Origin: Longimicrobiales bacterium
GTDB lineage: Bacteria > Gemmatimonadota > Gemmatimonadetes > Longimicrobiales > Gaopeijiaceae
Length of the DNA stretch: 64,000 bases
Direction of reading: 5' to 3'
Assembly (NCBI GenBank): GCA_965226375.1
Contig: CBDDCX010000008.1
Location: 1,920,001-1,984,000 of the forward strand
Position numbers and translations under genes: made by a program. The number at the start of each line of letters is the position of its first letter. The stretch's first letter is position 1. Positions 1 to 10,307 of the stretch are shown here, piece by piece. The notes beneath the pieces were generated by a model that worked only from the letters and a program-made list of their open reading frames with translations, was not told the DNA's origin and searched no databases.

Positions 1-2237
1 GGGCCGCGATATCATCGAGCGTGCGGACCGAGAACAACGGGATCGTGGCGTTGACCCCCTGGACTACGGCTCTGACCTCATCGACGAGGGATAAGGGGTC
101 CGACACGCCCGTGCGGACTGCGTAAGCGAACCAACGCGGCACCCACGGGTCGGCTCCCCAGAATCCATCCACGGCCAGCGGCCAATAAATCACATTGGCC
201 GCGGCCCGGTCCACGCCGTCGTCGTGCGCGTCCGCGACCACCCCCACGATCTCATGCCAGTCGTTACTGGAGTACCTGACCTTCCTCCCGATCGCCCGCT
301 CGGCATCGCCCCAGAACCGCTCAGCGTAGGCCTGGTTTACCACAACCACCCTCGCTCGATCCCGTGCGTCGCGCCAGGTGATCCCACGTCCGAAAAGAAT
401 GGGGTTCCGCAACGTCTCGAAGTAATCCCCAGCGACCCATTTGACACGTACCTGCGGAGGCCTTTCCCCCTCCAGAGCCGGGAAGTCTTCGATGTGGATC
501 GACTGATTGCTGTCATTCCCGTCCATGGGCAACGAGTTGGATCCTGTGACCCCCTCCACCCCCGGGATCTGCGCCACGAGTCGGATAACTTCCTCGTGGA
601 ACGCGAGCACGTCCAAGGGCCCGGCGAGCACTGCCGAGGGAAGGTTCACCCGAAATGTCAGAACCTCCTCACCATCTTGAAATCCCGTCTGCACCGCACT
701 GAGCGCCCGGAAACTCTGGGCCATCAAGCCCGATCCAACCATGAGCACCACGGCCAAGCCCACCTGCGACACGACCAAACCGTTGCGTACCCGCCCCCGC
801 TCTCGGCCGCCGCTGGCGGAGCGGCTGGACTCGCGAAGTCCGACCGTCAGATCACCCCGGACAAGACGCAAAGCCGGGAAGGTCCCGAACAGCACACTGG
901 CTCCGAACGTCCACCCCCACGAACGCGAGTCCCGCTCCGAGCAGTCCGCCCAACAGACCCAGCCCGACACTCTCCAGGAGAAGAGATCTGAAGAGACCTG
1001 CCCGCCCCGCCCCGAGGGCCGCACGAATGGCGACCTCTCTGTGCCGACCCTCACTCCTCAGCAACACCAGATTTGCGACATTTGCGCACGCTATCACCAG
1101 GACCAGGATTACGGCGCCGAAAAGAAACCAGAGCATGTTGCCGACCGGTTCGACGAGTTCCTCCCGGAGCGGGCGGATGCGCACTGCCAGCCCGAGGGCC
1201 CTGGCTTGCTGCAGCGTCATTCCGCCCGGATGACGTTCGACGGTGCGTGGGATTATCCCGGCCAAACCGGCCCTCGCCCGCTCCAGAGACACGCCGTCCG
1301 CAAGACGGGCCATGGCCTGGTAGCTGAAGTTCGAAAGGGTGACGCGCGACCGGTCCCACCGCAAAGGCACATAGATGTCGGGGTTGTGCCACTGAATGCG
1401 GGTGTCGGGCGGCATCACACCGATGATGTCACCGACGACCCCGTCCACGGTGACGGCGCGCCCAACCACGCCGGGATCGCCCCCGCACCGCCGCTGCCAG
1501 TAGCCGTGTCCGAGGATGAATACCGGAGGGCTGTGGGGCTGATCGTCTTCCACCTGAAACGGCCGACCCAGTAGCGGACGAATGCGGAGCACGTCGAAGA
1601 TTCCGTCCGTCACCCTCATGCCAACGACACGTTCAGCACCGGCCCCCCGCTGTGTGACTGTCACATCGTCGGGATCCCAAATTGCGATCTCTTCGAATTC
1701 ACGCGACTCGTCACGGATGGTGAAATAGGAAGCGGGTGATTGATTGAGCCACTCGATCCCATTTCCCGGAGAGGTCAGCCAAACGCCCACGAGCCGGTCG
1801 GGCTGATCGAATGGAAGTGGATTCAGCAGCACGGACTCCACGACGCTGAACAGCGCAGTCGTCCCGCCGATGCCAATCCCGAGAATCGCAACGATCAGCG
1901 CCGTGGAACTCGGGGTGCGGAGCAATCCCCTGAAGGTATGGACTCCGTCTCTTCTGAGGCTTTCCATCCTGCTTTCCCGTCCCGGTCCCCTTCCCTTCGA
2001 CACCCCCATGACGCCTTTCCTCCACTTCAGCCGATTTCGAAACAGGAATGAAAACGCAAGGGGGAATGCCGCGGCGACAAACCAGGCCCGCCGACGTGCG
2101 CTGGAAACGCCGGAGCCCAGGGCCTCGGTGCAGTCCTCCTCCAAGTCACCAATCCACGCCTCACACACCTCCGCGTCACCGACGAACAGTCGAAGCAACC
2201 ACACGACCCAGCATGGGACCTGGTGGCGCTTGGACAT
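1..2237 (-). pseudogene. ADOP-family (MacB/FtsX-like) duplicated ABC permease, disrupted; runs off the window start
   Basis: ORF 852..2237 has GIGIGGTTALFSVV and LVIACANVANL motifs. The frame breaks near 905 (apparent small deletion plus shift) and continues in another frame as GASVLFGTFPAL...RVRNGLVVSQVGLAVVLMVGSGL. Confidence 0.85.
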
Positions 2238-2570
2238 CTAGCCCTCCTCCAGCAGTCCTTCGTGCCCCGCCCACATGCGCATGAGCGCGCGCCCGCTGCT
2301 GCGGAGGGCCTCGGTGCCGAGAGGGGTCAGCAGGAAAAGACGCCGAGCTCGCCCACCCCGCTCGCCCGTCGGCGCCGCCATCTGGGCATTCAGGTAACCC
2401 TTGGATACCAATCGCTCCAGCGTCGTGTACGCCGTGCTTCGTGACACCTCACGACCGGCCCTGGTCGTGAGTTCACCCCGGATACCCCGACCGTCAGCCT
2501 CGGCCCCGAGACCGAGTACAGCCAGAAGAACGAGTTGCTCGAACTCGCCCAGGTAGGTCTGTTTGTTCAT
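2238..2570 (-). CDS. PadR-family transcriptional regulator
   Basis: MNKQTYLGEFEQLVLLAVL...YTTLERLVSKGY...RGGRARRLF; abuts the permease start. Confidence 0.9.
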   Translation of the reverse strand: MNKQTYLGEFEQLVLLAVLGLGAEADGRGIRGELTTRAGREVSRSTAYTTLERLVSKGYLNAQMAAPTGERGGRARRLFLLTPLGTEALRSSGRALMRMWAGHEGLLEEG

Positions 2571-2601
2571 GCGTTCATTATGTCGACATAATGAACGCAT
2601 G
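2568..2601. promoter_or_regulatory. Perfect 34-bp palindrome over the PadR start codon, candidate operator
   Basis: CATGCGTTCATTATGTCGACATAATGAACGCATG is its own reverse complement. Confidence 0.6.
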
Positions 2602-2631
2602 TCCATGGGCGCCAGACCTCGAACTGCCCCC

Positions 2632-2672
2632 TTGACAACATGTGTTGGTAACACGTATGTTGGCAACACGTA
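2632..2672 (+). promoter_or_regulatory. Candidate marR promoter with two tandem operator-like boxes
   Basis: TTGACA at 2632; tandem 15-mers TGTTGG(T/C)AACACGTA at 2643 and 2658. Confidence 0.5.
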
Positions 2673-2692
2673 ACATTTGAGAGGGAAAAAAC

Positions 2693-3148
2693 GTGTCCAT
2701 TCAAAAACGTGTCGCACAGCGGCGATTCGAGAGTCCGGCGCAGAGGGCCATGGTGAGTCTCCTGGTGACCGCGGGGCACCTTGCCCGAGCCCTCGAGGAG
2801 GTCTGCGACGCCCATGGCATCACGCACGACCAGTACAACGTCCTGCGGATCCTTCGGGGCGTTCACCCCGAGGGACACCCCAGGTACGCCATCGCCGAGC
2901 GGCTCATCGATCGGTCCCCGGACGTAACACGACTGCTGGACCGGCTGGAACGGGAGGGGTTCGTGGAGCGAAGTCGATCCGACGAAGACCGCCGACTCTC
3001 GATCTCCCGTATCACGGACCAGGGCATGGCTCTCCTGAAGGAGATGGACCCTCTGATCCTGAACGTTCACGAGGGTTTCACGGTCTGCTTCAGTCGCGAC
3101 GAGATGCGCCAGCTCGCCACCCTGTGCGAAAAGGCGCTAGCTAGATGA
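2693..3148 (+). CDS. MarR-family transcriptional regulator
   Basis: GITHDQYNVLRILRG...IAERLIDRSPDVTRLLDRLEREGFVERSRSDEDRR. Confidence 0.92.
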   Translation: MSIQKRVAQRRFESPAQRAMVSLLVTAGHLARALEEVCDAHGITHDQYNVLRILRGVHPEGHPRYAIAERLIDRSPDVTRLLDRLEREGFVERSRSDEDRRLSISRITDQGMALLKEMDPLILNVHEGFTVCFSRDEMRQLATLCEKALAR

Positions 3149-4426
3149 GACCTCAAACGAGACACGCTGCGGCCGCGGTAACGCGTCCTTATTTTTGGAA
3201 AAATATGTGTTGTCCACATATATCGTGCACAACACAGACTGGCGACCACCTGCGCTTACGGGGCACTCGACATCCGCGCCTTCGAGCCCCACGGCACACC
3301 GAACGCCTAGTCTGTCTAGTGCCCTCCGATACAGCTGGCGACTCTCGGCGTCGAAGAAGACTACCGACTGCTCGTCAGGGGCGATCGCGAGCCCCCGGTT
3401 AGCATCGATCGCGACCTCGGACGGCGGAGTGATCGTTAGCATGACATGTGTGTCTTCCAGCCGCTCTCCCTCGGTCAGGATGGACCATACCTCGATCGAC
3501 AACAGCGTCGCCGTCACTGCGGCCAGACCCAAGGCTATGCGCCTCCAGCGAGTGTCCGAGCTTGGAATGAGGCGTCGGGATCCGTGCCGAAAACCTGGAT
3601 TGGCTAGAGCACCAGCCATCTGCGCTCCGAAGGGAAACCTGTCGGCGGGTACCCTCTCCAAGGCCCTGATCACCACCGCGTCTACGTTGGGCGGCACAGA
3701 AGCCCGCTCTGCCCTTACTGAGGGGGCCTCACCTGCAACGATCTTCCCCAACACCGCCTGCGGCGTACTCCCCGTGAACGGCGGATCACCCACAAGCATC
3801 TCGAATAGCACACAGCCCAGCGCGTAGATGTCCGTCGCAGCGCCCACGTGCAGATCACCCGTGGCCTGTTCCGGGCTCATGTAGTGCGGCGTGCCGAGGC
3901 TGAGTCCGGTCTCCGTCAGTCGGCCTCCGCCCCCGGCACCCACGGCCAATGCAATCCCGAAGGCGGAGATGACGGGCTTCCCGTCTTGGAGCATGATGTT
4001 CGCGGGCTTGATGTCCAGGTGGATGATCTTGTTGCGATGTGCGTAGTCGAGTGCCTCGGCTAGGTCCGTGGTGATCTTCACCGCTTCGTCAACGGGGAGT
4101 TGATGCTCCCGGTCCAGCCTGTCCCTTAACGACTCGCCTTCGATGAAGGGCATCACGTAGTAGAGGAAGCTGTCGGCTTCACCGGAATCGAACAGGGGCA
4201 GGATGTTCGGGTGAGTCAGGTTCGCCGTCGTCTTGATCTCAGCCAGGAACCGTTCGGCTCCGACTACCGCAGCTAGTTCTGGCTTGAGGACCTTCAGCGC
4301 GACCTTGCGTTCGTGCTTCAGGTCGTCGGCCAGGTAAACCGTAGCCATCCCGCCTTCACCCAACTCACGCTCGATGGTGTAGCGGTCTCCAAGAGCGGTG
4401 TTGAGGCGTTCGATGGTATCGGACAT
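3137..4426 (-). pseudogene. Ser/Thr protein kinase, C-terminally truncated, with altered catalytic motifs
   Basis: ERELGEGGMATVYLA, VALKVLK and GTPHYMSPEQ are present, but HRD reads HLD and DFG reads AFG. The TolB-like tail breaks off near 3300. Confidence 0.85.
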
Positions 4427-4436
4427 GGGCACTCCG

Positions 4437-4536
4437 GGATCAGACTGCGGTCAACATCCGAGAGCGGTCCGGTAGGCGCAAGCAGAGCCGTGTCAGACGC
4501 CTGTATTCACGTCGTAAGCGTATTCGGGGTTTATTC
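4437..4536 (-). repeat. Conserved kinase upstream leader, copy A
   Basis: GGATCAGAC..GGTCAACATCC..GCGCAAGCAGA..TTCGGGGTTTATTC, shared with 16405-16545 and 18820-18960. Confidence 0.8.
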
Positions 4537-4651
4537 AAACCGATCAGCATCAGTGGTTTCTTCAGCGGTAGTCTATGAGGCCGAGTATCTTATTTGCACC
4601 TCCGGACGCGGGAGGTTGGGAGACTACCTGATATTTGGTGGAGGCACGACC

Positions 4652-5032
4652 ATGAAAAGGCTCGTTCTAGCGATCGCGATGGCCGGATTCACCGTCGCCG
4701 GAATCGCCGCGCAAGAAGCACCCGAAGTCGAGCTGGCGATCGCCCTCGACGTGCAGGAGCGGCAACCCACTGGTGAGGGCACGGAATTCTCGGCCGACGT
4801 GGGGCAACTCGTAGCTTGGACGCGAGTCACGGGCCTCGCGAACACCACGGTGCGACATGTCTGGCGTCACCAAGAGCACGAGGAGGTCATCGAGCTGAGT
4901 GTGGGTGGCTCGCCGTGGCGGATCTGGTCGCGCAGGACCATCCCCGCAGAGTGGACGGGCGCATGGACGGTGGCAGTGCTCGACGCCCAGGACAACGTCC
5001 TCGCGACCGCGGAGTTCACTGTGGGTGTCTGA
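4652..5032 (+). CDS. Secreted DUF2914-like protein
   Basis: GGAGG RBS, signal peptide MKRLVLAIAMAG, VRHVWRH...WRIWSRRTIPAEWTGAWTVAVLD. Confidence 0.75.
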   Translation: MKRLVLAIAMAGFTVAGIAAQEAPEVELAIALDVQERQPTGEGTEFSADVGQLVAWTRVTGLANTTVRHVWRHQEHEEVIELSVGGSPWRIWSRRTIPAEWTGAWTVAVLDAQDNVLATAEFTVGV

Positions 5033-5137
5033 CCATTCCACGGGCACCGAGAGTCGTACTGCCTGTGCGTGAGACAGAGGAATCGACTCCCGCGAAGGCT
5101 GGAGAGCTCTTCATACAAACCTCCGAGCGAGGAACGC

Positions 5138-5179
5138 CCATGCGCTCAAGCTATGGGTGATGCTGAGGTTGGGCGATGG
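5138..5179. repeat. 42-bp direct repeat, copy 1
   Basis: CCATGCGCTCAAGCTATGGGTGATGCTGAGGTTGGGCGATGG, abutting the stop codon at 5180. Confidence 0.95.
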
Positions 5180-6338
5180 TCAGCACTCCGGTCTGAAAAT
5201 CCACAGCCCGCTGGTTACCTCCGACACGTAGACCAAGCCGTTGTGCAGCTGGGCACCCCAACTACTCGCGCCAAGGCCAAGGCCGAAAGACCCCCCGTAA
5301 GTGATAGAGGCGAGTAGCCGTCCCTGTGTGTCGAGTCGGCCAAGAAGCTCCCCGCTAACGTCAATGGCCATTAGTCCTTGCTCCCACCATGCCACGTAGA
5401 GAATGCCTCGCGCCTCGTCCAGCCAGAAGTTGTGCGGGTTCCCACCGCTAACCACGAAAGTGGCAACCTCGACCGGGAGGGAATATCACTGACATCCACC
5501 ACGTGCAGCACCCCCGGACGGTCACTTTCCTCACCGACAAACACATACTCCGCGTCCGGCCAGTACCAAGCGTTGTGGGTGTTCCCCCCCTCGGTTTGCA
5601 CTCGCCCGACCTCGACGGGATTCGTTGGAGAGCCACCCCCTATGCCATTACCGACGTCGAGGATCACCAACCCGGCATCCCAGTGGCTGACGAACGCGAG
5701 ACCGTCGCGCACGTACACGTCATGACAACGGCTCGAGCCGGCGTAAGAGTCCGCCACGACCTGCGGATCAGCGGGGTTACTGATGTCGACAATGAAAAGC
5801 ATCCTCCCACCCGCAGCCCGATTCCCGCACGCGTACACGTAGTCACCCTCGATCCAGGCGTTGTGAACTTTAGAGAGCGGCGGGGTCGTGACATTTGTAA
5901 TGACCTCGGGGCTCAGGGGGTTCGAGAGGTCAAGCAGGATGATGATTCCACTGCCGCTTTCTGGCGAGTCCGCCTGCGTGATCACCCCGAGCGTGCCGTC
6001 GGCCCGGATCTTCACATCCATGACCGGACCGTCTCCATCCAACACAAGGGACGTTGCCCGTCTCGGCATTGCCGGGTTACTCACGTCCCACACCCACAGG
6101 GTGTTCGTGGCGGCTCCAGTATTGAAGAGGTCAAACATGCCGGTATAGGCGTGCCGTGAACCCAGAGGTCCGAGGTCAGCGGTTGATCTCCGTGTCCGAC
6201 CACCGTGAACGTCGGGGGTGCCTCATCGGAGGGTGCCGTGGCGTGCCCACAGCCGCATGCAAGGAGGAGTGTACAGATGCTCAAGACTATGCGAGTCAGC
6301 GGCTGAATCGAGCCAAACTCGAAGGAGTACATGGCCAT
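5180..6338 (-). pseudogene. LVIVD-repeat (beta-propeller) lipoprotein, two frameshifts
   Basis: Three overlapping ORFs (6081..6338 with lipobox LLACGC, 5371..6138, 5180..5455) with repeated xxxDVSNP units and HN motifs. Confidence 0.8.
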
Positions 6339-6376
6339 GCGCTCAAGCTATGGGTGATGCTGAGGTCGGGCGATGG
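6335..6376. repeat. 42-bp direct repeat, copy 2
   Basis: One mismatch to copy 1; contains the ATG (6338) of the LVIVD gene. Confidence 0.95.
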
Positions 6377-7916
6377 CTGGATTTGACTGATGCGAGGCCG
6401 CGAGGTAAACGAAAAAGCCCATCCCGACCCATAGGCCCCGAACGCCGCCCGGGACGCTCGGGGCCTTCTCCCACCGTGGCGGCGAAGTTCGCGTATCCGC
6501 CGCAGAGCCTCTTCAGTGTTTCACCTGGTAAAGGGATGCACCGCGACCAAACAGCCGTTCTCTAGCTGCCACATACACTGACTGAACGCGGTACTACCAG
6601 TGGGCAACACCCGCCACAATACGAGGTCATAAGTGTCACCAACTGCCAGAGGCAGCGGTCCCCAGGTTTGCAGGATGCCAGCGCCCGCAGGTGCCACCCC
6701 ATAGGTCACAGGTGGCATGATGAGGTTGGCTTCAGATGGTGTCCCGCTGACAGTTGAAGGTGGTGGCTCCGGAGAGTCTCCTTGTTAGCCTGCCTTTCTC
6801 ATTTCGGCAACCGGTTCATGGTCGTCGAGGTGGGCCCTGAGCATCCAGAGCTGGTCGTAGCCGATGATCCTCCGGTAGCTCTTCTCGGTCTCCACGAACG
6901 AGGCCGCAGCCCAGCGCAAGGCCATCGCTCCGTTCTTCCAGTGGGTCACCCTGCGGGTCTTCTGTCTTACGCCCGAGTGGGTGCTGTCGATCAGGTTGGT
7001 CGAGCCCAGGCACTTCCTCAGCCGCGGCGGGAGGCCGAGCCGGTTGATCGTGAACATCTCGCTGAGGCCTTCGCGTAGGCTGGCCGAGGCCGAGGGGTGG
7101 TCGCGCTCGAGCCATCGGGCGAGCTGCTCGAGCTTCTGCTCGCCCTGCTTCGCGTCCAGCTTCATCGCCGCCCGGAACGCCGCCTTCACCTGAGGATGCT
7201 GATCCTTCGGCAGATGACCCAGCACGTTGCGGAGCTTGTGGTTGCGGCAGCGCTGGATGGGGTGACGTTGGCCGAACACCTTCTCGATCGCCTTCCTGAG
7301 CGCTTTCGAGCCATCGATCACGAACAGCCGCCGCCTGCCCGGGTCCAGGCCGCGCTCGACCAGATCCTCTAGGAGCGCGCTGGTCACCTCGGCGTTCTCA
7401 CTCGCTCCTTCCCTCACGCCCAGCACGTGCTTCTTTCCGTCTGAGTCCACGCCTACCGCAGCAAGCACGTGGTGCGAGCCCATCTGGATCCCGTCCAGGT
7501 AGATCACCAGGAGGTCCCACGCATCCAGCCGGCGCTCCATCAGCTCCTTCAGCACGCGCTCCGAGGCCTCGACCGTCTCACGGCTCACCGCCGACTTGCT
7601 CACCCCGACCGTGTCGGCCATCTCACCGATCACACGGCCGTACTTCCGCGTGCTCACCCCCGCCATCAGGACCTCGAGCATCCGATCCGCCACGGCGCCC
7701 GGTCTCCGGATCGCTGCGTACGCCGGCACCTCGACCTCGCCACCCTCCCCGGCGCCCCGGCGCCTGAGCCGTGGCCGCTCCACACGCACCTTCCGGTCCG
7801 ACAGGTAAACCACACCACCCTGCCGGCCATACCACACCGTGTCGTCTTCCGCTCGTGACCGACGGTCAAGTCCCGAGTTGTGTGTAAAAGTGAGAGGAAG
7901 CTCCTCGATGCTTCGG

Positions 7917-9098
7917 TTAGGCTGCCTTGGCGACCTCCTTGGGTTCGAGAAGCGTGAGATCGAGGTAGCGGCGTTCGCTCCAGACCGCAGTAGTCTTCAG
8001 AGCAACCGCGGTGATGAGGCGGAGCGCACTGGCTCGGTCGGGGAAGGCGCCGGCGCTCCGGATCCGACGCTTGATCTCGGTGTGCAGGCGCTCGAGGCTG
8101 TTCGTGGTGCGTAGCCTGGCCCAGTGGGGCTCGGGGAACGCGTAGAACTGGGTGGCGGCCGTGAAGCCCCGCTCGAGCACCTTCATTGCCTCGGGGAGCT
8201 CCTCTTGCCAGCGCGTCGTGATCTCGGCCAGGCGCTTCTTCGCCTCAGCGAGCCCGGGGGCCCGGAAGACGGCGGCAACCTCGCGCGCCACACGCTTGCG
8301 CAGGCGATGCGGGACCTTGGCCAGCACGTTGCGTTGCAGGTGCACGGTGCAGCGCTGACGGCGCACCTCAGGCAGGAAGCGGCGCACCGCAGCTGCCAGG
8401 CCCGCGTGCTTGTCGGCGATCACCAGTTCGACGCCGCTGAGACCTCGCTCCAGGAGCTGCTCGAGGAGCTCCGACCAACTGTCCTCTGACTCCTCAGGGC
8501 CTAGCGTGATGGCCAGGAGCCGGCGGTGACCGTCCGGATCCACCGCGTAGGCCACGAGCGCGCTCACGTTCTCGACCTTCCTGGCCCAGCGCGCATCGAG
8601 GAACGTCGCGTCCAGATACAGATAGGGGTGAGGCCCCTCGATGGGTGCGCTCCGCAGCGCTTCTACAGCCCCATCGAGCCGCTTCGCGACCCGGCTTACC
8701 GTCGAGCGTCCCACGCGCTCACCCAGCAGTGCTTCAGTCACGTCGCCCATCTTGCGCTGCGACACACCGCTCACGTAGGCCTCCACCATCATCTCGTCCA
8801 CTTCTTCACTCCTGCGCCGGTAGCGGCCCATCACGTCGGCGGGCGAGCCGCCTTCCCGGCTGCGCGGCACCATCACGTCGATCTGACCCAAGCTCGTGAG
8901 CAGGCGCCTGAGGTACGTGCCGTTCCTGTGGTCCTTCCGGCTGCCGACCCGCTCGAAACGACGCGCTCCGACCATCGCTTTCAACTCCTCCTCCAGCACC
9001 ATCTCGAGCGTAACACGAATCGCGCCCTGAAACAACGACTTCAAATCCTGCCGTAACTCTTCTTGCGTGGCCCGCTCAACTTCAACCATCTTTTCCAT
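7917..9098 (-). CDS. IS256-family transposase (intact)
   Basis: RNGTYLRRLLT, GVSQRK, YLYLDA, QRCTVH, RTTNSLERLHTEIKRR. Confidence 0.95.
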   Translation of the reverse strand: MEKMVEVERATQEELRQDLKSLFQGAIRVTLEMVLEEELKAMVGARRFERVGSRKDHRNGTYLRRLLTSLGQIDVMVPRSREGGSPADVMGRYRRRSEEVDEMMVEAYVSGVSQRKMGDVTEALLGERVGRSTVSRVAKRLDGAVEALRSAPIEGPHPYLYLDATFLDARWARKVENVSALVAYAVDPDGHRRLLAITLGPEESEDSWSELLEQLLERGLSGVELVIADKHAGLAAAVRRFLPEVRRQRCTVHLQRNVLAKVPHRLRKRVAREVAAVFRAPGLAEAKKRLAEITTRWQEELPEAMKVLERGFTAATQFYAFPEPHWARLRTTNSLERLHTEIKRRIRSAGAFPDRASALRLITAVALKTTAVWSERRYLDLTLLEPKEVAKAA

Positions 9099-9242
9099 GA
9101 GGAAGCTCCTTTCCGGTTCCGGACCTGCTGGCGCAGGCCCGGACTCCCCGGGTTCGTGTCATGATGAACATTCACAAGGAGCTTCCTCTCTTTTTCCCGG
9201 GCTGTCCACCCTCCCCGGACCCCTCACCCCCTTTTACACAAA

Positions 9243-10307
9243 GGGGGTATTCCCTTAAGTCCACCGACCCCAAGATATAGTGGTTACCGGGGCTCTGCGG
9301 GCCGTTTCCCACGTCCGGTGCCGAGGTAAAGGGCCGAAGCTGGCGTGGGAGCACACTGAACAGCCTGCTCAAGCAAGCGGTAGAACAACAGGCCGCGAGC
9401 CCGGGATGTGCGTCGGTTGAAGCGAAAGGTGAACTCGTCCAGATAGTAGGGGAGGTGTTCGCGGGCGATCCCTCCTTGGAGGGTTCCGAGGACCCAGCGC
9501 TTGAGGAGAGACGCCACCCGATGTACGGCCGACATGAGCACGTGAGCGGGATCGCCGGAGGTCGAGAGGTTCGTGACCGTGTGGCGAAAGCCCAGTTTGG
9601 CGAGTCCCTGATAGCTTGGCCATCCGTCGGTATGCACCGTGCTTGCCGGTGCGATGCTATCCTTGACGAAGCCTCGCAGAACCGGAGCGGAGAGGTCGGG
9701 CACCCAACGCAGCCGTATTCTCCCGATCTTGCGTCCGTCGACCTCGGCGGCGATCGCGACGATGGCCTTCTTGATCGTCTCGCGGCCCCGCACTCCAGCC
9801 TCCACGCCCCCGACATAGCTCTCGTCCACTTGCACAACGCCGCTCAGCTGGTCGCGATCCGGTCGGACCATGGCCCGGCGGAGCTTGTGGAGCCAGACCC
9901 ACGCTGTCTTGTAGCTTCCCAGTCCGAGCACGCGCTGGAGCCCGAGAGCATTGGCTCCGTATTTCTGGCTCGTGAGCTCCCAGGCAGCGAGAAACCACAG
10001 ACGCAGGGGCGAGCGCGTGCGGTGGAACACGGTTCCCGCCAGCACCGAGGTCTGCCTTCGACAGTGTGGGCAGACGAGACGCCCCCGCGATGCTCGCCAG
10101 ACCTCTCCCAACCCGCCACAGCCCACGCACACAAACCCTTCCGGCCAGCGCAGACCCTCCACGTACTCCAGGCATGCCGCATCGTCGGGGAAGAACTCGT
10201 CCAGCTCCAGCCGCGTACGGGGATAGTCCACGCCGCCACGGAGCTGAGAAGCCGGAACCGCCATGACCACAACATGTAGTGGGCGGTGGACTTAAGGCAA
10301 TACCCCA
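9243..10307 (-). mobile_element. IS1595-family element (inner)
   Basis: IRs GGGGTATT(C/G)CCTTAAGTCCACCG; flanking duplication up to 10 bp, TTTACACAAA at 9233 and 10308. Confidence 0.92.
9284..10270 (-). CDS. IS1595-family (ISXO2-like) transposase
   Basis: RWPEGFVCVGC zinc ribbon, VQVDESYVGG, HTDGWPSY, YLDEFTFRFNRR. Confidence 0.95.
   Translation of the reverse strand: MVMAVPASQLRGGVDYPRTRLELDEFFPDDAACLEYVEGLRWPEGFVCVGCGGLGEVWRASRGRLVCPHCRRQTSVLAGTVFHRTRSPLRLWFLAAWELTSQKYGANALGLQRVLGLGSYKTAWVWLHKLRRAMVRPDRDQLSGVVQVDESYVGGVEAGVRGRETIKKAIVAIAAEVDGRKIGRIRLRWVPDLSAPVLRGFVKDSIAPASTVHTDGWPSYQGLAKLGFRHTVTNLSTSGDPAHVLMSAVHRVASLLKRWVLGTLQGGIAREHLPYYLDEFTFRFNRRTSRARGLLFYRLLEQAVQCAPTPASALYLGTGRGKRPAEPR

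Noticed and set aside
224..1574. Long antisense ORFs (here and throughout the window)
   Set aside because: Shadow ORFs opposite recognisable genes, expected at high GC; no motifs.
5035..5114. Possible gamma-glutamyltransferase 5' fragment after repeat copy 1 (TTLGARGMV)
   Set aside because: Too short to support a call by eye.
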